Program-made: the position numbers and the translations under genes | The notes under the pieces: model-generated | Told to the model about the DNA's origin: nothing | Database searches by the model: none | What the model saw: only the letters and a program-made list of their open reading frames with translations | Assembly (NCBI GenBank): GCA_951406725.2 | Contig: OX597828.1 | Coordinates: forward strand, 25,110,001-25,174,000 | DNA length: 64,000 bases | Direction: 5' to 3' | From: Octopus vulgaris | Taxonomy: Eukaryota | In this document: positions 56,126-64,000 of the stretch, piece by piece | Numbering within the stretch: position 1 is the first letter of the stretch | How the letters are laid out: each line of letters begins with the position of its first letter

Positions 56126-56915
56126 AGTATTTGAAGTTTCAAATTGATTAGTTAAAAAAAAAATAATTAAAAAATCTGTGAGCCAAACTGAAGACCTCTG
56201 AATTTTCTCCTGTGATTATTTCCACAGTGGAAAGTCTTCCCATGTCTGAGTGTGTAAACTATGATCTTGCATGAATAAATAAATAAGACCTTGCTTCACC
56301 CGAGTGTAGACGGCATTTTCTGTGGCTCCTTCGCTGTTCTCAAAAATAGCGTTCGTAATATTTTATCTCGTTCAGCTTAACAGCCCTTCTCGTCTGTGTT
56401 ACTGTTATTCTCCTTGTCCTGTCTTTTACTGTTTATATTTTGTACTGTCATTACTGTCCTGTTTTTGTTACCATTTTTACCCCTCCACAAAAAAATCTCA
56501 AATTTTATTTGCTTTTCGTGGGAAGGAAAGTTTCAGTCGAAGTTGCGTCTCGCCTTCACCTTCGAAACGCAGAGTAGATGAAACCATGGCGACTGAAGAA
56601 GGGGAATTTTCCTTGTGTTATTTGTCTTGTACTCTCTTTTTTTTCGCTGTTATGTCCAGTTCCTTGGTTCCTTGGTTTTGTGTTTGGGTTTTCGTTTCTG
56701 ATTGTGTTTGACGTTTTTTTGGTGTCCTGTACCCATATATGCATGTATATATACATGTAGATGTAGGTACGTACATATATGTATGTATATATGCATATGT
56801 TTTATTTATCAATTTGTTATTATATATATATATATATATATATATGAGTGACTGAACAAGCAGTTCTAAAATGTGTTTACTCTTCCTCTGGGACACAGGC
56901 AAGTGAACAAGGCAG

Positions 56916-57482
56916 CAGAATTCATTGCCACCCTAACTGTAACCAAAGAGGCAAAAATTGATTGCATCACCATTAAAGAAGATATAACACTGGCCATAGG
57001 TGAGGTAGACACAAATTCAGCTGCTGGCCTTGATGGATCCCCCAACAATCCATCTCAGATTGTGCAAATGAGCCCTTGCAAGTAGTAAGCCTCCAGGTAA
57101 ATTGAAGAAAAGAATAATATGCCCTATCCACAAAAGAACAAGCAGAACAGATGCTAAAAATTATAGGCCTATCTATCTGACCTTGCACATCAGCAAAGTC
57201 ATAGAATAAGTCTGAAAAGTCATGAATAGTCTGCAAGAAACTAATCGCATTCCTTGAAGAGAATGACTTGCTAACTGACACCCAGCATGGTTTTCGACCA
57301 GGTAGAAACTGCCTGATACAACTCTTACAACATTACGAGTGGGTGTTAAAGCTGCTATTAAACAACTCCAGTGAGGATGTGATATATCTCTACTTAGCAA
57401 AAGCCTTTGTTAAAGTTGACCAAGGTATGATATGTCACAAACTGTGTAATCTCGGCATAGTTGGAAAGCTTGGAGAGTGGCT
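56916..57482 (+). mobile_element. CR1-type LINE RT fragment (same family as 61775-63840)
   Basis: AIGEVDTNSAAG.DG, YRPISLT, QHGFRPGRNCL, DVIYL.LAKAF.KVD. Confidence 0.85.
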
Positions 57483-57528
57483 ATACAAATACATGTGTAT
57501 ACATAGATATATATATATACACATCGTT

Positions 57529-57800
57529 CATCATCATTGTTTAATGGCTGTTTTTCGTGCTAGCATGGGTTGGACTGTTCAACTGGGATCTGGGAAGCCA
57601 GGAGGCTGCACCAGGCTCCAGTCTAATCTGGCAGTGTTTCTACAGCTGGATGCCCTTCCTAATGCCAACAACTCTGAGTGTAGTGGGTGTTTTTTACATG
57701 CCACCGGCACAAGGGCCAGAGGAGGCTGGCAACAGCCACAAACGGTGCTTTTTATGTGCCACCAGCACAGGAATCACAACTACAATTTCCATTTGATGTT
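57529..57800 (-). mobile_element. Repeat family F
   Basis: GCTGGATGCCCTTCCTAA motif. Confidence 0.8.
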
Positions 57801-57820
57801 CATTTTGATGTATGTATATA

Positions 57821-57854
<34 letters not shown>

Positions 57855-58002
57855 GTATATATATATTATTTATACATATATAGATTTACATATATAGATT
57901 TACATATATAGATTTATACATATATAGATTTACATATATAGATTTATACATATATAGATTTATATATATATACATACATATATAGATATATATATAGCCA
58001 TA

Positions 58003-58430
58003 CATTATCATCGTTTAATGTCCGCTTTCCATGTTAGCATGGGTTGGACGATTTGACTGATGTCTGGCAAACCAGATGGCTGCACCAGACTCCAGTTTGA
58101 TCTGGCAGAGTTTCTATAGCTGGATGCCCTTCCTAACGCTAACCACTCCGAGAGTGTAGTGCATGCTTTTACGTGCCAGTCAGGTGGTACTGGCAACAGC
58201 CACGCTCAAATGGTGCTTTTTATGTGCCACCTGCACAAGAGCCAGTCCAGCGGCACTGGCAACGACCTCGCTCAAATTTTTTTTCATGTGCCACCAGCAC
58301 AAGCGCTAGTAAGCATTGCAGGTAACGCTCACACTCGAATGGTGTTTTTAACGTGCCATCGGCACGGAGGCCAGATTGTTGCTCTGGCAATGATCTCGCT
58401 TGTATGGTTAGCACAGATGCCAGTCATCGA
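58003..58430 (-). mobile_element. Repeat family F with a tandem array of ~60 bp hairpin units
   Basis: Repeated GGTGCTTTTTA.GTGCCA.C.GCAC units. Confidence 0.78.
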
Positions 58431-58434
58431 ATTT

Positions 58435-59814
58435 GATTTTGATGATGACCGAATCAAAGCCATAATTGAATTTGATTGTCATATAACTGTGTGAGAGATT
58501 GCAAAGAGGTTAAATGTATCACACCCAACAGTTGAAAATCACTTAAAATGTCTTGGGTTCCACATAAATTGGAAGAGATACACTTAACACAATGAAGCAA
58601 TATTTGAATGAAATCGACCTTTTCTTGAAACGAATCATCACTGGTGATGAAACATGACCCATATTGGAGTATGGGATTCAAGCCTCTTCTCCTTATCTCC
58701 TCAAAGACATACAGCATCTCGAAAGAGTCCAGAAGCTGGCTACCCGCATGGTTCATGGCCTCAAAAATTTGTCCTACGAAGAAAGGCTGAGGACGCTCGA
58801 CCTTTATTCTCTTGAAAAACGCCGCCGCTGTGGTGATCTCATTCTCGCCCACAACATCATAAGCGGAAAGTGTAACCTCTCGAAAGAGCTGTTCTTCACT
58901 CCTGCTCCAGAGTGTTGGCTGCGGGGTCATTCCGAAAAGCTCTACCTGCGACGATTTCATCTCAATCGAAGGAGAGGAGCTTTCTCCATCTGGGTTGCGG
59001 ATCCGTGGAACAAGCTGCCAGACGAGATGGTGAAGATGCCGACGACCGCTTTGTTCAAAGCCTCCCTGGACCTCAAGTGGCCTGAACTCTTTACATGAAC
59101 ACCACCCTGTACTTAACTCCATGTCCCCCTACATGGCCTTGCTATTTGCTTTTGAGCCAAATTAACTAACTAACTAACTAACTAACATTGACATCAATTG
59201 AAAACGATAATGGTCCAAGCATAATGAACCAGCATAAACCACATCAAAAGCTGAATTGCATAAAAAAAGGTCAAGTTGTCAATTTGATGGGATTACAAAG
59301 TTGTTGTTTATTTTGATCTGCTTCTTAAAGAACCAAATGATCAATTCAGATGTTTACTGTCAACACCTAATGAAACTGGATGAAGCAATCAAAGAAAAAC
59401 ATCCAGAATTGGCAAATCGTAAAGGAATCGTGTTCATCCATGACACTGCTAGACCACACCTGTCTTTGCTAAATTGTGAAAAATTATTCTAGCTTTTTGG
59501 GGAATTTATGTCATATCCACCATATAGCATTGACCTTGCACCCTCAGGTTACAATTTATGTCTAAGTTTGCAAAATTGTTTGACTGGTAAAACTTTCAGT
59601 AATGATGATGACCTGAAATCACACTTGCTTCAGCTTTTGGCTGCTAAGGACCAGAAGGTCTATCAGTGCAGAATCATGAAGTTGCCAGAACAATGGCAAA
59701 AGGTTATTGAACAAAGTGGAAAATATATAATTGATTAAAGTTCATCCTTTGTATCAAAATAAATTACTTATATTTCACACTAAAAAAACTGGAATAACTT
59801 TCTTGCTAACCCAA
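58435..59814 (+). mobile_element. mariner transposon relic interrupted by a CR1 fragment
   Basis: HTH DDDRIKAIIE..IAKRLNVSH.TV..HLK.LG, VPHKL, FLKRIITGDE, HDTARPH, PPYSIDLAPS; right TIR ..AACTTTCTTGCTAACCCAA|TA. Confidence 0.88.
58658..59186 (+). mobile_element. CR1-clade LINE 3' end with (CTAA)n tail
   Basis: LEY.....SPY..KDI..LERVQ..ATRMV.GL..LSYEERL..L.LYSLE.RR..GDLI..RGH..KL..WN.LP..FK..LD. Confidence 0.92.
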
Positions 59815-59981
59815 TATATATATAGTTAATCCAAACATGAGCAAAGAGAAACAACAATATAGACACACACACATATATATATTTATATATGTATATATAA
59901 TTAAAATTTAAATGAGGGTGAAAAATTGGATATTAATTTGATAACATCCATTTTAACACCAGCGGTCTAGCATATACATAC

Positions 59982-59987
<6 letters not shown>

Positions 59988-60016
<29 letters not shown>

Positions 60017-60720
60017 TGTATGTATGTATGTATGTATGTATGTATGTATGTATGTATGTATGTATGTATGTATGTATGTATGTATGTATGTATGTATGTA
60101 TGTATGTATGTATGTATGTATGTATGTATGTATGTATGTATGTATGTATGTATGTATGTATGTATGTATGTATGTATGTATGTATGTATGTATGTATGTA
60201 TGTATGTATGTATGTATGTATGTATGTATGTATGTATGTATGTATGTATGTATGTATGTATGTATGTATGTATGTATGTATGTATGTATGTATGTATGTA
60301 TGTATGTATGTATGTATGTATGTATGTATGTATGTATGTATGTATGTATGTATGTATGTATGTATGTATGTATGTATGTATGTATGTATGTATGTATGTA
60401 TGTATGTATGTATGTATGTATGTATGTATGTATGTATGTATGTATGTATGTATGTATGTATGTATGTATGTATGTATGTATGTATGTATGTATGTATGTA
60501 TGTATGTATGTATGTATGTATGTATGTATGTATGTATGTATGTATGTATGTATGTATGTATGTATGTATGTATGTATGTATGTATGTATGTATGTATGTA
60601 TGTATGTATGTATGTATGTATGTATGTATGTATGTATGTATGTATGTATGTATGTATGTATGTATGTATGTATGTATGTATGTATGTATGTATGTATGTA
60701 TGTATGTATTTATATGTATG

Positions 60721-60752
<32 letters not shown>

Positions 60753-61040
60753 TGTATGTATGTATGTGTATGTATGTATGTATGTATGTATGTATGTATG
60801 TATGTATGTATGTATGTATGTATGTATGTATGTATGTATGTATGTATGTATGTATGTATGTATGTATGTATGTATGTATGTATGTATGTATGTATGTATG
60901 TATGTATGTATGTATGTATGTATGTATGTATGTATGTATGTATGTATGTATGTATGTATGTATGTATGTATGTATGTATGTATGTATGTATGTATGTATG
61001 TATGTATGTATGTATGTATGTATGTATGTATGTATGTATG
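59988..61040. repeat. ~1.05 kb (TATG)n microsatellite
   Basis: Direct reading. Confidence 0.97.
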
Positions 61041-61418
61041 TAGCTGAAGTTGTCAGTGTGTGAGGTTTGGTAGCCTTCAACTAACACTATCTCCTCCGAG
61101 ACCCTGCAGTGCAAGTTGACCAAAATTGAGAGTATGATGGAAGAAGGCTTGCTCTTCATTTCGTAGAAGAAAAAATTCAAATCAGACCATGTTAAGACTA
61201 AAAAATATTTACATCAAAAAGGTGCTTCTTTTCTATGAAAAGACCTATTTTTTACGATTTTCTTACTGCTGTGTCGCCATTTTTCGGTGTATTTCAACCA
61301 GAAAAATGTTCACTTAAACAGAATAAGTTACATAATACAAAATTTTTACTTTTCAAAAATTCCAATTCTAAAGGGTCAAAAAGAAAACAAACCAGAGCAA
61401 CGTTGGGCTATACTGCTA

Positions 61419-61419
<1 letters not shown>
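61041..61419 (+). mobile_element. Non-autonomous Helitron-like element
   Basis: Ends CCAGAGCAACGTTGGGCTATACTGCTAG|T like 1022-1410; shares GAAGTTGT and TGCAGTGCA motifs. Confidence 0.7.
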
Positions 61420-61451
<32 letters not shown>

Positions 61452-61456
<5 letters not shown>

Positions 61457-61714
61457 TGTTGATACACATTGCTGGTCACAATGCTTTGCCTTGTTTTAGC
61501 CTTCAAATAACGCCACCCCGCTGGCTAAGTGAGCAGGCCAACAGAAGAAAGAATGAGAGAAATTTGTGGCGAAAGAGTACAGCAGGGATCGCCACCACCC
61601 CCTGCTGGAGCTTTGTGGAACTTTTGGTGTTTTCGCTCAATAAACACTCACAATGCCCAGTCTGGGAATGAAAACTGCCATCCTACGACTGTGAGTCCGC
61701 TGCCCTAACCACTG

Positions 61715-61719
<5 letters not shown>
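61452..61719 (-). mobile_element. SINE family C head with an alternative 3' tail
   Basis: Same head as 35955 copy up to CTGCTGTACTCTTTC.CCACAA.TTTCTCTCA, unrelated afterwards. Confidence 0.85.
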
Positions 61720-61763
<44 letters not shown>

Positions 61764-61774
61764 TTTTTCTCTCT

Positions 61775-63840
61775 CTCTAGTTTCAACTTAGTGCTGCAGC
61801 CATGCTGATGCACTGCCGTTTTGCTACACTGTTATTACTAAGAGCTTCCTCTAATATGTGGCATTTTGTGAAGAATGGAGTTTGATATAGCTACCCTCAT
61901 TTGTACCTCTTGACGTGAGGTAGGTTCATCTGGGACTCTCGACAGGAAGAGGTCCAGCTTTGATTTAAAAACCCCTACATCTACTTTGTGCAAGTTCCTC
62001 AGACTCTTTGGGAGAATGTTAAAAAGATGTGGGCCCTTGAAACCCAGGCTGTTGCAGTAACTGGTCCTGAAGCATGATGGCACTGCTGGGACCTTTGGCA
62101 CTATGCAGTGTCGTCCCGTTCTGGCATTGGTATAGCTTTCAATGCCAAAATTTGGCACAATTCCTTCCAGGATCTTCCAGATATATAATTCTGCATACCT
62201 CTCCCGTCTCCTCTCCAGGGAGTAGAGTCTTAACTGTTTCAACCTTTCCCAGTAGCTGAGCTGTTGCAAAGAGATGATCTTCTTTGTGAATCTTCTCTGG
62301 ATTGCTTCAAGGTCCGCTGTTAATTTCACACTGGTGAGTGACCATAGCTGTGGGCAGTAATTCAGGTGGCTGAGGACGAATGTCCGCCAGAGCACCATCA
62401 TGGTTTTCTTATCTCTGGTTCTGAATGTTCTTAGGATCCATTCAGCCATTCGTCTGCACTTTGTCGCCATCCTGGTAATGTGCACTTGGAAAGAGGTATC
62501 ATCACTCATGTCGATACCCAGTTCCCTCACTGAATTAGGCTCTGGGATTGAAATTCCTTGTGGACCAGTGTACCCTGTAAGTTTCATATTCAGTTTTGGA
62601 TGCTGGTAGTGCAGGGCTTGGAATTTTTCAGCATTAAACTGCATATTATTGTCCTCAGCTCATCTGTAAATTGAGTCCAACTCCAGCTGCAGTTGTGCAA
62701 CATCGCTGGGGTTCTGTATTTTCTGCGAGACTTTCCTATCATCTGCATAGCTTGCCAGAATGGCTATCCGGTCATTTGAGGGCATATCTGAGAGGGCCAC
62801 TATAAAAAGCACTGGTCCCAAGACAGTGCCATGTGGAACACCACTCACTATTTGTGTGTTCATAGAGGTGGCTCCATTAGCCACTACTGTCTGACGCCTA
62901 TCTTTCAGGAAGTCATGTAACCACTCTCCAAGTTTTCCAGCTATGTCAAGGTCACACAGTTTGTGGCATATCATACCATGATCCACCTTGTTAAAAGCTT
63001 TTGCAAAATCAAGGTATATTACGTCCACATTTGATTTGTTGAGTAACTGCATCAACACCCAGTCTTAATGTTGTAAGAGCTGGGTCAGGCAGCTCCTACC
63101 TGGTCGAAAACCATGCTGGGTATCTCTCAGTAAGTTATTTTCTTCAAGGAATGTGATTAGTTTCCCTCTGACTATCTGTTTCATGACTTTGCTGATGTGT
63201 GAAGTCAGAGAGATAGGCCTATAGTTTTTGGCATCTGCTCTACTTCCCCCTTTATGTATTGGGCATATTATTCCCTCCTTCAGCTTGCTTGGCAGCTCTG
63301 CCAGGGCATGCTTACATGATTTGAAGAGGATTGCTGGGAAACCATCAGGACCAGCAGTTGAGTTTGTGTCCACTTCATCTATGGCTAGTAGTATATTTTC
63401 TTCGCTAATGTCAATGTATTCCATTGTAACTGCCTCGCTGGTTATAGGTGAGGCGGCAAAGAAGTCCACTGGTTCGTTCACTTGTCTGTGTTCCAACGGG
63501 GTGGTAAAGACACTTTTGAACTGGTCATTCAGTATCTCACTGATCTTAGTTGGACTGTCCGTGAGGGACCCATCCTTTTGGAGGAGGGGTCCTATCATGT
63601 ACTGAGACTGTTTCTTTCACATAATTAAAGAAGGCCTTTGGGTTTGACTTAATGTTTTTTATAACCCAGGCTTCTTTGTCTGCTTTCTCCCTCACATAGG
63701 ATTGTTGCAGCCTTTTTTCGATCTCCATCAGTGTTGTTTTTAGGCAGGATGTTTCACTACTTTTGGGATGTTGGTTGAGTTGATTTGCAACTTTCGTCCG
63801 TCATCTCATGAGGATCTTCCTCTCCCTTGGAATCTTGCTC
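61775..63840 (-). mobile_element. CR1-type LINE, 5'-truncated ORF2 pseudogene with 3' UTR
   Basis: GPDG, NYRPISLTS, QHGFRPGRSC, DVIYLDFAKAF, SGVP.GTVLGP.LF, YADD, MQFNAEK, YWERL..L.LYSLERRRER; broken by stops and frameshifts. Confidence 0.93.
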
Positions 63841-63883
63841 CTATTTGTATAGATACAGACATATATATATATATAAATATATG

Positions 63884-64000
63884 TCCATTTTCCGTGCTAG
63901 CATGGGTTGGACGGTTCGACTGGGGTCTGGGAAGCCAGGAGGCTGCACCAGGCTCCAGTCTGATCTGGCAGTGTTTCTACAGCTGGATGCCCTTCCTAAC
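63884..64000 (-). mobile_element. Repeat family F (runs off window end)
   Basis: GCTAGCATGGGTTGGACGG..GGATGCCCTTCCTAAC. Confidence 0.8.

Noticed and set aside
59953-61080. Long 350-375 aa ORFs, and similar YI/MYVC/LSIY/HT ORFs throughout
   Set aside because: Translations of stop-free microsatellites

Overview
Eukaryotic, AT-rich, microsatellite-saturated animal DNA; the SINE families and repeat landscape suggest an octopod cephalopod (Octopus-like; inference). Almost all ORFs in the supplied track are microsatellite or SINE artefacts. One host gene is supported on the minus strand. A signal-peptide exon (28677-28570) splices in phase 0 across a ~24.6 kb intron to an exon (3992-3820, not called in the correct frame by the ORF track) encoding the start of a peptidyl-alpha-hydroxyglycine alpha-amidating lyase (PAL) domain; the remaining exons presumably lie left of the window. 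The rest is transposon debris: several SINE families, CR1-, RTE- and R4/Dong-type LINE fragments, a Penelope GIY-YIG fragment, mariner and pogo remnants, MITEs, non-autonomous Helitrons, minisatellites and a 100-N assembly gap. The most notable unannotated pattern is a set of short elements embedded in (TA)n tracts, often long palindromes, carrying minimal type-I hammerhead-ribozyme-like motifs (Penelope pLTR/retrozyme-like). A SINE-LINE shared 3' tail and SINE tail swapping are also visible. Repeat boundaries were read by eye and are approximate unless TSDs or TIRs are quoted.
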